The notes under the pieces are model-generated. The model worked only from the letters and a program-made list of their open reading frames with translations. It was not told where the DNA came from and made no database searches. From Bacteroidota bacterium (GTDB taxonomy: Bacteria > Bacteroidota > Bacteroidia > J057 > JADKCL01): DNA of 64,000 nucleotides. Shown here piece after piece: positions 55,340 to 64,000 of this stretch. The number at the start of each line of letters is the position of its first letter. Within the stretch, counting starts at the first letter, position 1. The stretch covers positions 1,963 to 65,962 of the forward strand of contig JBCCQH010000027.1 of the NCBI GenBank assembly GCA_039024435.1. Direction: 5' to 3'. A program made the position numbers and the translations under genes.

Positions 55340-55636
55340 ATGAATAAGTTCATGGTCACTATGAGTTTTCCGCCATTCTTGACCGACGAGTTCGTCGCGT
55401 TGATCCCGCGGCAGCGCGCCATGATCGTACAGCTGCTGTCAAATGGAAAACTGACCAACTTTAGCTTGAACGATCAGCGCAGCAATGCCTGGATGGTCAT
55501 CAATGCCAAGTCGGAACAAGAAGTCGAAGAACTGCTTGCACGATTTCCCTTGCACGACTTCTTCGATTATGAGATCCATACGCTCGTCGTACACGATACG
55601 GCATTCATGGGACTTCCGAAAGTTGTGCTCAATTGA
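55340..55636 (+). CDS. small conserved hypothetical protein (98 aa)
   Basis: Internal ATG at 55340 (MNKFMVTMSFPPFLTDEFVALIP...). Composition suggests a compact alpha/beta protein. The long upstream ORF extension is Pro/Arg-rich and implausible. Confidence 0.5.
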   Translation: MNKFMVTMSFPPFLTDEFVALIPRQRAMIVQLLSNGKLTNFSLNDQRSNAWMVINAKSEQEVEELLARFPLHDFFDYEIHTLVVHDTAFMGLPKVVLN

Positions 55637-55946
55637 CACATCGTCCAAAAAACTAAACGTTTTTCTTGCAAAAAAGAGCAGTCCACGCGCGGTGGGCTGC
55701 TCTTTTTCCTTGGGGTTTCCGGGCCAGCTTTTTGCCCACACCCAATTATCTGAATCCTTTTACCCGGCGAGGAGATAAGATTCACCGCTCAATCCGCGCC
55801 CTTTCCCGTTACATTTTTGTTTTTGCGGGTCGCAATGAGCAGGATCTTTGCTCATTCTTTTTCGTAGTCCAGAGACGAATTGTATCTTTCGTCACCCGTA
55901 ATCACTTGCCGGCCTCACTACCCGGCGCAAAACATTCTGTGCTGTC

Positions 55947-57305
55947 ATGAAAAGCTTCTCCCAAACGAGCAAGTGGATCACGGTCTTGTGTTCCATTTTA
56001 ATTCTTGCTGGATGCCGATTGGATCCCCAGGTCGGCACCGACCTCGATTCTGAACTCGATGCGGCCTTGCGCGCCGCCTCTAACGGGCGGGGACGCGCCC
56101 ATTTTGTCTTGCCGGATGACGGCCAGTACAGCCGATTGCCCCAGGATCCCCGCAATCCGATTACCCAACAAAAGGTTGAACTGGGCAAACTGCTCTTTCA
56201 CGAAACTGCTTTGGGGACCAATCCCCGCATTGCTAGTGGAACCGGAAAATATTCTTGCGCCAGTTGCCACCACGCAGCGGGGGGATTTCAGGCCGCCCTG
56301 AAACAAGGCATCGGTGAAGGCGGAGTCGGTTTTGGGACGACGGGGGAAGCCCGGGTTCCGGACGCGCGCTACCCCATCGACTCGATTGACGTCCAGCCCA
56401 TCCGCACGCCTTCGGCGCTCAACATCACCTACCAAGAAATCTTGCTTTGGAATGGGCAGTTTGGAGCTACGGGAATGAACGCCGGTACGCAGGCTCAGTG
56501 GACGCCCGGCACGCCGAAAGCGGTCAACAACCTGGGTTACCACGGCACCGAAATTCAGGCGATTGCCGGGATGGATGTACACCGCTTGGTAGTCGATCCG
56601 GCCACCCTCGCCGGGGCATCGACCGATTATGAAGCCTTGTTTGCGGCGGCCTTTCCCTCGGTTCCGGCCGGGGAGCGGCTGGACAACGAACACGCGGGGC
56701 TGGCCATCGCCGCTTTCGAACGGACCCTTCTGGCAAATCGCGCGCCCTTCCAGCGCTGGTTGCGGGGTGAACACGGTGCTATGACCGAGCAGGAAAAGCG
56801 CGGTGCCATCACCTTCTTTGGCAAGGCCAACTGTGGGTCCTGTCACGGTGGCCCCGCTCTGAACTCTATGGACTTTCACGCCCTGGGCATGGGCAATCTG
56901 GACGGTTCCGGCACCTACGGGGTCAACCCCACCCACGTCGCTCATCTGGGCCGGGGCGGATTTACGGGCCACGCGGAGGACAACTACAAGTTCAAAGTCC
57001 CGCAATTGTACAACCTGAAAGATTCGCCGTTTTACGGCCACGGCGGTACTTTCACCACCCTGGAAGCGGTCGTGCGCTACAAAAATGCGGCGGTTCCACA
57101 GAACCCCGACGTCCCCGTAGCGCAATTGGCGACGCAGTTCCGCCCGCTGAATCTGAGCGAACAGGAAGTCACCGATCTGGTGGCCTTCCTCGAGCGCGGC
57201 CTGCACGACAACAGCCTCTACCGGTACGAACCGTCTTCGCTACCCTCCGGGAACTGCTTCCCGAACAACGATATGGAGTCGCGTTACGATTTGGGCTGCA
57301 ACTGA
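55947..57305 (+). CDS. di-haem cytochrome c peroxidase family protein
   Basis: Lipoprotein-like signal (LILAGC) and two CxxCH haem motifs (CASCHH, CGSCHG). Also contains FKVPQLYNL and PFYGHGG. Confidence 0.85.
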   Translation: MKSFSQTSKWITVLCSILILAGCRLDPQVGTDLDSELDAALRAASNGRGRAHFVLPDDGQYSRLPQDPRNPITQQKVELGKLLFHETALGTNPRIASGTGKYSCASCHHAAGGFQAALKQGIGEGGVGFGTTGEARVPDARYPIDSIDVQPIRTPSALNITYQEILLWNGQFGATGMNAGTQAQWTPGTPKAVNNLGYHGTEIQAIAGMDVHRLVVDPATLAGASTDYEALFAAAFPSVPAGERLDNEHAGLAIAAFERTLLANRAPFQRWLRGEHGAMTEQEKRGAITFFGKANCGSCHGGPALNSMDFHALGMGNLDGSGTYGVNPTHVAHLGRGGFTGHAEDNYKFKVPQLYNLKDSPFYGHGGTFTTLEAVVRYKNAAVPQNPDVPVAQLATQFRPLNLSEQEVTDLVAFLERGLHDNSLYRYEPSSLPSGNCFPNNDMESRYDLGCN

Positions 57306-57357
57306 GCGCAGCCGCTGGCCGGACTTTCCCACGCACCGGCAGGGATCGCTTGTCCTC

Positions 57358-57521
57358 AGAGGCGGTTTAAATTTAATCCTGTGATTTTGCTCTGGCATCT
57401 TTTTCCGGCCCTCTTCAGTTATTTTCTCACCCATAGCTCGGGCTATGGACTCCAAAATGAGCTTCGAGGAACAAAAAATCTGCACTAACAAATTTCACCA
57501 ACCAAGTTTTAAACCGCCTCT
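57358..57521. repeat. MITE-like 164-bp repeat, copy B (full length)
   Basis: Terminal inverted repeat AGAGGCGGTTTAAA ... TTTAAACCGCCTCT. Same length and internal hairpin as copy A. Confidence 0.8.
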
Positions 57522-57552
57522 CGGGGTTCTGCATTTTGCGTACCTTGGAAAT

Positions 57553-57981
57553 ATGGACTATCATTTTTCCAGGGAGCCGGAGGCTTCTGCCGAGGACCAG
57601 GAGTACGTCATCGACCGCTTGCGGGCATACAACGATTCCCAGGTGAAGAGACATTGGGAGCGGCGCATGGTGCGCGTATTTGTCCGGGACGAAACCGGGG
57701 AAATCCTAGCCGGTGTATTTGGGATGGTCAGCATGCACGCTCTGGTGATCGATACCATGTGGGTGGATCCCCGCTGCCGGGGAAAAGGCATTGGAGGAGA
57801 ATTGCTGGCCCGCGCGGAAGCAGAAGCCCGGGAAGCCGGCGCGATCTGGTCCCTGGTGGATACGACTTCTTTTCAAGCCCGGCCCTTTTACGAGCAGCAC
57901 GGATACCAGGTGTTTGGTCAAGTGGCGGACCTGCCCATCGGTCACACAAGTTTCTTTATGCGGAAGCGGTTGAACAGATAG
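57553..57981 (+). CDS. GNAT family N-acetyltransferase
   Basis: Motif A: WVDPRCRGKGIGGELLARAE. Also contains FYEQHGYQVFG. Start at the internal ATG at 57553, outside the repeat. Confidence 0.72.
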   Translation: MDYHFSREPEASAEDQEYVIDRLRAYNDSQVKRHWERRMVRVFVRDETGEILAGVFGMVSMHALVIDTMWVDPRCRGKGIGGELLARAEAEAREAGAIWSLVDTTSFQARPFYEQHGYQVFGQVADLPIGHTSFFMRKRLNR

Positions 57982-58810
57982 TGCTTTAGGTGCTTTTCTG
58001 GCGCCGGGGGATTCATCTTGGGACGTTGCTCGAATGGCGTCGGAGAGGGTGGAGAGCTTTTCGATGCCGCGCAGAAGAGGCTGGCGGGTGCGCTGAATTC
58101 CGGCCTCCATTTCTTGGAGGGCCTGATCGATTTCTTGGGGAGATTTGGGTTTCATGGGGGGGGGGTTGGAAGGAGGGGCGGCGGATTAGCAGAAATGTGC
58201 GCAATGAAAGTGGCGGGACCGTCAACGCCGAATTGCGCTCATGGGGCCTTTTCTGGCCCGACTAATCTCAACCTGCCCCCCCTCCAAACAGTCAACCTTG
58301 GTCGTCAGTTTGGCCCTAAATCGCTGGGATCCGAGGAGACCGGAACACTCTGCCGCACCGGCAAATGGCGGAGACGAGACCGGCCCAAGTGGATGGCGAT
58401 GGCTTCTTTCGGGCAGTTCTCTACGCTTCCGAAACATCTCAGATGACGTCGAAAAGCGGTAAGAACGCATTACAGCTCGAAATTTACAGCCTGGGCTCCA
58501 CGACTACCCTGGGCAGTATGCGGGGGCTTCCTCGTTTTTGTTAGAACGACGCTTCAATGATACATGGATAACTTAGTTTGTGAAAGTAAAAAGTGCTTTT
58601 GCGTACGGAACGTTTATTTTCGTCGGGAAAAAGAGGTTATACTGTTCCGTGGAAGGTGAGATCGTAATCAGTTATCAATGGCCCGCGCTATCAGCGGTGA
58701 TATTCACCGAATAGCCCCCCCTCACTTTGGGTGAATATCAGACATTGATTGACCAAGCGATGCGCGGTGTCCATTCCCACGTAAAAAAGTGAGAGAAGCC
58801 TACGGATCTG

Positions 58811-58870
58811 AGAGGCTGTTTAAATTTAATCCTGTGATTTTGCTATGGCATCTTTTTCCGCCTCTTACGA
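58811..58870. repeat. MITE-like repeat, truncated copy C (left ~55-60 bp only)
   Basis: AGAGGCTGTTTAAATTTAATCCTGTGATTTTGCTATGGCATCTTTTTCCGCC matches the left end of copies A and B and then diverges. Confidence 0.7.
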
Positions 58871-58943
58871 TAGCGGGCAAAATCACTCAACGATCTTGAA
58901 AGGAAATCGTCCAGCAGCGTAATCACGGGATTCCCCTCGCACG

Positions 58944-59204
58944 TCACCCGGTACTGCCCTCCCCCAGATATTCCACGGTCACCGTCCCGTTCCGGTAGCC
59001 GTTCTGCAATGCCACCGGGGAAATTTCGCCTCCGTGTTGGTTGGCAAACTTAGGAACGGCCTCCGCAAAGACTTGGTACAGGGTCAACTCATCAATCGTT
59101 GGGTACAACTGAACGACACCCGAGGCAGGCAAAAACCCAATCGGTGAAACCACACTCACCCACAGCATACCCAGCATGAAGAGCAGTAGCAACGCTTTTT
59201 TCAC
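58944..59204 (-). CDS. hypothetical small secreted protein (86 aa)
   Basis: Clear signal peptide MKKALLLLFMLGMLWVSVV. No family recognised. Confidence 0.45.
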   Translation of the reverse strand: MKKALLLLFMLGMLWVSVVSPIGFLPASGVVQLYPTIDELTLYQVFAEAVPKFANQHGGEISPVALQNGYRNGTVTVEYLGEGSTG

Positions 59205-59550
59205 GATCTTAATTTAAAATTTCAAGTGTGTAACGAACGCAAAATACAATTTTTCCGGGCGGGGAACTGCCTCAGAAATCAATGGCGCGCCACCATTGCT
59301 CGGATCCGAAAGCATCCCGGAGGTTCTCAAGTGCCCTGACTGATACGGCGAAACGACATTTCGAACCAAAAAACCCGCCATTCAGGCCCCAAATGTAACG
59401 GTGGAATCCGATTTTACGTTTAAAAAGTTAAAGATCTTTGAAAATAGCAATTGCGGTGCGCGCATAGCGCCATGTAAGTTTTAATGTACAGCATTTGTCG
59501 ACAAACCGGCTGTATTTTATCTCAGTTTAAAAGAAAGAAAGGAAAAAAGC

Positions 59551-59640
59551 ATGACACCAGAAACAATCACAGGCCTGGTGGTACTTGCAGCCGTTATCGT
59601 AACGGGATTACTCACTGCAGTACGACTGTCCAAAAGGTAA
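59551..59640 (+). CDS. possible 29-aa single-TM peptide
   Basis: ATG preceded by a purine-rich AAGAAAGAAAGGAAAAAAGC. The peptide reads MTPETITGLVVLAAVIVTGLLTAVRLSKR and is followed by a strong terminator. It is below the ORF-track length cut-off. Confidence 0.3.
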   Translation: MTPETITGLVVLAAVIVTGLLTAVRLSKR

Positions 59641-59674
59641 AATGACCCGGCGCATCCAGGATGCGTCCCAAAAT

Positions 59675-59711
59675 AAAAAGCCGGTTACATCAATAACCGG
59701 CTTATTTTTTT
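59675..59711. terminator. bidirectional intrinsic terminator (small ORF and bcp)
   Basis: AAGCCGGTTA (59678-59687) pairs with TAACCGGCTT (59694-59703), with an A-run before and a T-run after. Confidence 0.7.
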
Positions 59712-59751
59712 GCGGAGGCCCGGGAAAATCCCGGCCGCAACGAAGAGAAAA

Positions 59752-60222
59752 TCAATTGTAGAGGGCAAGCACCTGTGCGGTGTGCTCCCCGGCTTTGACC
59801 TTGGGAATCACGTGCTCAATCTTTCCGTTTTCGTCGATCACGTAGGTCACGCGGTAGGTACCTTCGTACTTGCGGCCGTACATGCTTTTCTCTCCCCAGA
59901 CCTTGTATTTGTTCACGATGTCGTGTTCAGTATCCGCCAGCAGGGCAAACGGCAAATCGTACTTCTTGATGAACTTTTGGTGGGAAGCTTCGCTGTCTAC
60001 ACTCACCCCGAGTACCACAAATCCCTGTTCGGTCAGGACCGCGTGGTTGTCGCGGAGGTTGCAAGCCTCTTTGGTGCAGCCGGGAGTATTGTCCTTGGGG
60101 TAGAAATAAAGGATGACCTTCTGACCGCGGAAATCAGTGAGGGAGACATCTTCACCGGCTTGGTTCTTGACGGTGAACTCGGGAGCGTCCGCTCCGGCTT
60201 CGAGCAATTCGAGTTTGGGCAT
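59752..60222 (-). CDS. bcp: thioredoxin-dependent thiol peroxidase (peroxiredoxin Bcp)
   Basis: Contains FYPKDNTPGCTKEAC and VLGVSVDS. Length 156 aa. Confidence 0.9.
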   Translation of the reverse strand: MPKLELLEAGADAPEFTVKNQAGEDVSLTDFRGQKVILYFYPKDNTPGCTKEACNLRDNHAVLTEQGFVVLGVSVDSEASHQKFIKKYDLPFALLADTEHDIVNKYKVWGEKSMYGRKYEGTYRVTYVIDENGKIEHVIPKVKAGEHTAQVLALYN

Positions 60223-60299
60223 AATTACAAGAAAAGATCAGTTTTACCATTTCGGAGGCGGTAGTTTTGGGCGCAGCGACGCTGCATCCGACCCCCGTT

Positions 60300-62270
60300 T
60301 CAAAAGTATAGGTAAAACGACTGCTGGGCTAAATTGTTCGCATTGTCGTAGACCATGACGTCGAGGCGGTGGCGGCCCGAAGAAGGGCGCCGGCGCAGGC
60401 GGTGGGTGATACTGCTCGACTTCGCATCGAATTCAAATAGTACCCAGCGGTCGTCGAGCGTGCAGTGGATCCGTGGGCTTTGGATGCCGGAGAAGTTGTC
60501 GCTGAGGCGCAGGCGCAGGGTTTTTTGCCGCTCGGTGATCCGGTCACCATTGCGGAAATTTGTGGGCTTGAGCCGGGGAGGCACGCTGTCGCCCATCACA
60601 CAAAAGGTGCCGAAGCTGCCGGACGAAGCGTAAATGCTGCCGTCTTCCTTGATTTCATTTCCGATGTAGCGCCAGTTGCCGTTGCGGGTGCGGGCGGCGA
60701 TGATCATGTGATTGGGATTGCCGGTTTTGTTGGGGGAGAAGTTCAGCACAAAGGACTTGAGCAGCGGTACTTCTGTATTGCCCACTTCGTAGATGTCCGA
60801 GTACATCTTGCGGTCCCCGGGATAGCGGCGCACGTGCAGGGCCAGGGTGTCGAAGACCGCCGTGTAGGGAAAGTAGGCTTGCAGTTCGCCGGTGTCGACG
60901 ATGTTGTTCTTATCTGGCAATACCGTTTGGGCGAGGTGCAGATTGATCTCCTTACCGGTAATGGGGTCGGTGACCTTTTCCGGCAGCCTCCACTTAGCGA
61001 GATTCAGCAGGAAGACGAGGTTTTTTCCCTCTAAATAGGCCGGGCGCAGGCGTTCGGTTGCGCCGTCCTGGAACTGCACGTCGATGCCCCGCAGGTGGGC
61101 CGTCGACGGGTTACTGACCGTGATGACAAAAACATTGCGCTTGGCCTTGCCCCGCAAGGTGGTTGTCCCGGGAAAACTCAGGGACGCCGGCAGATTGACC
61201 GCGCGGGCGTCTTTGCGGATGCGGGCCTTTACCACCGTCGTATTGTGGTAACCGTCGCCCAATTCCAAGCGCAGCTTGTGCGTTGCGTAGTCCTTGAGGT
61301 GAAGCACCCCGCCGTTGACCAGGTTTTTGTACGTCGCCAATTGGTTGCCCCGGTCCAGGTAGCACTTTTGGAATTTGCGGCCGGTGCGCTTGTGGTACAG
61401 ATAGTCAAAGTGGACGTTGATGTATTTCTTCTCGTCAAAGCTGAACCGATCAATCTCAAATTCATAGACGAGTTTGTCGTCCAGGTAGAGCCGCGCGTAG
61501 TTGATCCCGCAGTGATTGCCCGCGCCGTCGAGCAGGTCAAAGGCCATGTACTCCATGCCTACCGGCCCGCGGACCTCGATCAGGTCGCGCACGGTGTAGT
61601 TGCCATTGCTGCCTTCGGGCACAATTTCCACCTTGCCGAATTTGCCTCTCACCCGGGAGGTGACGTCCAAAGCTTCAAACGCGATCCGCTGTACGATCGG
61701 TTTCTTATTGTCCCGCACGTAGCGGCGGTAGTGCTTGAGCGGATTGGTGATGCGTTCGTCCGGATCCCGAATCTCAAAGTGCAGGTGTGGCCCCAGCGAA
61801 CTGCCCGAGTTGCCGCTGTAACCAATCAGTTGGCCTTGCTTCACCGGCATCTGATGCTCCGGCAGGTAGATTTCTTGTTCGTATTTTTTGGAGGCGTATT
61901 GCTTCTGGTAGACAAACTCTTCAATCGCCTCGTTGAAACCGTTCATGTGGCCGTAGACGGAAAACTGGCCGTCGGGATGCCGGAGGTAGATCGCCTTGCC
62001 GAAACCGTAAGGACTGACCTTAATTCGATATATGTACCCGTCACGCACCGCATAGAGGGGAATGCCCACCTCGCCGCCGGTCTTGATGTCGATGCCGGAG
62101 TGAAAATGATTGGACCGGAGCTCGGCAAATGATCCCGAGAGCAAAAAGTCAGAGCCGTTCATCGGGAAGCGGTACAAGCCCGCCGGGGGGTCGGGTTCCA
62201 CCATCCCCGCCGCCAGCCAAAAGATCAAGGTGAGCGCGGCTACCGCGCCGATGGTACGTTTACCTGACAT
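60300..62270 (-). CDS. M23 family metallopeptidase with large C-terminal extension
   Basis: Signal/TM at the N-terminus. Contains HSGIDI (HxxxD) and GPHLHFEIR (HxH). Confidence 0.8.
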   Translation of the reverse strand: MSGKRTIGAVAALTLIFWLAAGMVEPDPPAGLYRFPMNGSDFLLSGSFAELRSNHFHSGIDIKTGGEVGIPLYAVRDGYIYRIKVSPYGFGKAIYLRHPDGQFSVYGHMNGFNEAIEEFVYQKQYASKKYEQEIYLPEHQMPVKQGQLIGYSGNSGSSLGPHLHFEIRDPDERITNPLKHYRRYVRDNKKPIVQRIAFEALDVTSRVRGKFGKVEIVPEGSNGNYTVRDLIEVRGPVGMEYMAFDLLDGAGNHCGINYARLYLDDKLVYEFEIDRFSFDEKKYINVHFDYLYHKRTGRKFQKCYLDRGNQLATYKNLVNGGVLHLKDYATHKLRLELGDGYHNTTVVKARIRKDARAVNLPASLSFPGTTTLRGKAKRNVFVITVSNPSTAHLRGIDVQFQDGATERLRPAYLEGKNLVFLLNLAKWRLPEKVTDPITGKEINLHLAQTVLPDKNNIVDTGELQAYFPYTAVFDTLALHVRRYPGDRKMYSDIYEVGNTEVPLLKSFVLNFSPNKTGNPNHMIIAARTRNGNWRYIGNEIKEDGSIYASSGSFGTFCVMGDSVPPRLKPTNFRNGDRITERQKTLRLRLSDNFSGIQSPRIHCTLDDRWVLFEFDAKSSSITHRLRRRPSSGRHRLDVMVYDNANNLAQQSFYLYF

Positions 62271-62871
62271 AAAAATCCAACAGGTCTTGGTTCTCCAATG
62301 AGGCTTGTAACCGGTCGCCCCGCTTAACCGCCGCTACCCCAGAGGGCGTCCCGGTAAAAAGCAAATCTCCAGGCTTCAGGGTGATAAAACGCGTGACGTA
62401 TTCGATTAAGTATCCAAGGTCAAAAATCATGTCCCCGGTCCAGCCCTGCTGCCGGGGTTCCCCGTTGATCCGCAGTTCGAAGCGCAGGTTCTTGTGGTCG
62501 GCAAACTGGTCCGGATCCAGGAATTCCGAAACTGGAGCCGAATCATTGAACATTTTGGCGAGGGTCCAGGGATGTCCTTTCTTCTTGAGGATGCTTTGGA
62601 CATCGCGGGCGGTAAAATCGATTCCCAGCCCGACACCGTCTACGTAGTTCCGGGCAAAGCGCCGGTTGACAAACTTGCCTTCCCGAGCGATACGGTACAC
62701 CAATTCGCATTCGTGGTGGACATCCTGGCTGTGTTCCGGATGGTAGAAATCTTCGTTTTCCCGCAGCAGTGCCGTGTCCGGCTTCATAAAAATGAGCGGT
62801 TCCGAGGGCACCGGATTCGCCAGTTCCTTTGCGTGCTCCTGGTAGTTCCGACCGATGCAAATGATCTTCAT
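62260..62871 (-). CDS. fumarylacetoacetate hydrolase family protein
   Basis: Starts at the internal ATG (MKIICIGRNYQEHAKEL). Contains HECELV, GIDFTARD, and LLFTGTPSGV. Confidence 0.8.
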   Translation of the reverse strand: MKIICIGRNYQEHAKELANPVPSEPLIFMKPDTALLRENEDFYHPEHSQDVHHECELVYRIAREGKFVNRRFARNYVDGVGLGIDFTARDVQSILKKKGHPWTLAKMFNDSAPVSEFLDPDQFADHKNLRFELRINGEPRQQGWTGDMIFDLGYLIEYVTRFITLKPGDLLFTGTPSGVAAVKRGDRLQASLENQDLLDFYVR

Positions 62872-63323
62872 CAGAGGTCTCCGCATTTATTGCTCTGTAG
62901 CTCCGATTCGGAGAACGGATCTTTGAACTTGACCGGCCCTTCGCCGAAGCTGTAGCCAGATTCCGCTTGCCAGATTTCCAGTGCGGCGGCGGCGCACTTG
63001 ACCAGCGGGTTGGAGGATTCGTCGCTTTTGGCGAATTCTACTGTCCAGACGTTGCGCTCGTCGTTATAGGTCAGCGTGTAGTTGCCTTCGCATTTTTCCG
63101 GCAGCAAGCCGTTTCCAAATGGATTGGGCTTGTTGCGGCGGCTGAGGTAGCGGCCTTCAGCGGTCAGTTCGAGGCGGCTGCGGAAATCACCCGAGCAAAA
63201 TTCGCCTACCACTTTGGCTCTGACCTCTTCCTCGGAAGGGTGCTCCGGTCCGGTGTCGCAGCCGGTAAGGGCAACGCCCAGGAACAAGGCCAGCAGGCAG
63301 ATTGATTGTGTCACTTTTCTCAT
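62871..63323 (-). CDS. hypothetical lipoprotein
   Basis: Signal peptide with lipobox LALFLGVALTGCD. Its stop shares one base with the downstream start. Confidence 0.55.
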   Translation of the reverse strand: MRKVTQSICLLALFLGVALTGCDTGPEHPSEEEVRAKVVGEFCSGDFRSRLELTAEGRYLSRRNKPNPFGNGLLPEKCEGNYTLTYNDERNVWTVEFAKSDESSNPLVKCAAAALEIWQAESGYSFGEGPVKFKDPFSESELQSNKCGDL

Positions 63324-63596
63324 GGTAAAGACGAAATTACAAAACCCAGCTCATTATGAAAATCAACCCTGTGGAGGCGGGTGTGTACTTTGTCGGACGT
63401 TGGGGGATTTGCCTGTCCCAAATTGGATATTAAGTGCCGAAAAAATTCCTCTCCGGCGCATCGGGGGGCTGTACGTTTAAATAGCCTCTCCCGATAATAG
63501 TTTACGATTCTCCTCGCCTCCGCCTTTTTGCGGCTCACCGACGTTTGCGCCCAGCGTCCGGATACTGCGTTTTCCTTCGTTCCGCCGGAAGCCGGC

Positions 63597-63998
63597 ATGG
63601 GAGAAACGCGCTATTTGCTGGTCAAATGGACCAACCAGACGGGCCAAACCTTCCAGCCGACCAACTTTGTTGCTGCAATCAGTCGGGATGAACCTACTTA
63701 CGTGGAACCCCGATTTGCCAACTTCTACGGGGAATGGTACCGTGCCCCTTACCAGGAGACTTACGGTATCGCCCAGAGCGAAAATCGCATCGGGATCCTT
63801 CATCCTTACGATGCTGGTTGCGGCGGCGGGGGAATCAGCCTGATTTCAGAATGGGCTCCGGCAGGCGAAGGATATCGTCTGGTCCAGATCTACAACATTG
63901 GCATTGCGACGTCGGCCGGTGTGGTCATTGGTTCGCTGCACGTGCTGGATGATGAGCGGGCCTTGCTGTTCGGTGCGCTGTTCGCCCCCCGGGATTAA
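63597..63998 (+). CDS. hypothetical protein
   Basis: ORF with coding-like composition, taken from the first ATG (MGETRYLLVKW...). No family recognised. Confidence 0.35.
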   Translation: MGETRYLLVKWTNQTGQTFQPTNFVAAISRDEPTYVEPRFANFYGEWYRAPYQETYGIAQSENRIGILHPYDAGCGGGGISLISEWAPAGEGYRLVQIYNIGIATSAGVVIGSLHVLDDERALLFGALFAPRD

Positions 63999-64000
63999 AT

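Noticed and set aside
57706-58155. 149-aa minus-strand ORF downstream of the GNAT gene
   Set aside because: Two thirds of it is antisense to the GNAT coding region. Only ~58 codons are unique, and they have no recognisable features.
1-64000. Search for tRNA, rRNA, tmRNA, integrase/transposase genes or attachment-site direct repeats flanking the 30-49 kb island
   Set aside because: No T-loop (GGTTCGAATCC-type) or rRNA signatures were seen on either strand. No ORF showed integrase or transposase motifs. Island boundaries therefore cannot be defined from this window, and its GC content looks similar to the flanks by eye.

Overview
High-GC Bacteroidota-type chromosomal segment. The phylum call rests on a T9SS C-terminal sorting domain, HTCS-like and LytTR regulators, kynurenine monooxygenase and an SDR-type threonine dehydrogenase. 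About 1-30 kb and 49.8-64 kb are ordinary housekeeping and envelope genes: cdsA, gdhA, coaX, birA, rsfS, accBC, efp, recX, bcp, two-component systems, peptidases and lipoproteins. The central ~19 kb (30.1-49.0 kb) looks like a defence island with no visible integrase or tRNA boundary.

Island contents, left to right:
- A DUF6119/TIGR04141-like putative nuclease.
- A divergently transcribed all-helical protein.
- A tightly coupled four-gene operon (33651-38061): a 142-aa unknown, an agmatine/arginine-deiminase-like (pentein fold) enzyme, a catalytically dead short Argonaute (PIWI), and a protein with a C-terminal two-TM hairpin.
- After a 114-nt gap with no visible terminator: a Dam-family N6-adenine methyltransferase, an 843-aa unknown, and a 2079-aa SF2 helicase with a DUF1998-like zinc domain. 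This resembles Druantia druH/druE, or a fused DISARM DrmA-DrmB.
- A convergent GIY-YIG/DUF4357-like nuclease gene that abuts the helicase gene stop-to-stop.

The top candidate for an undescribed system is the pAgo + deiminase-like enzyme + TM protein combination, and its physical fusion to the methylase/giant-helicase module.

Other observations: a 164-bp MITE-like repeat family (two full copies and one truncated) with compensatory changes in its terminal inverted repeats; a cluster of 5 GATC sites at the island's left promoter; a Vms1-like VLRF1 release-factor homolog; an outer-membrane barrel with a long coiled-coil insert; and several intrinsic terminators. No rRNA, tRNA or CRISPR array was found. 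All family assignments come from motif recognition by eye and need HMM or structure confirmation.
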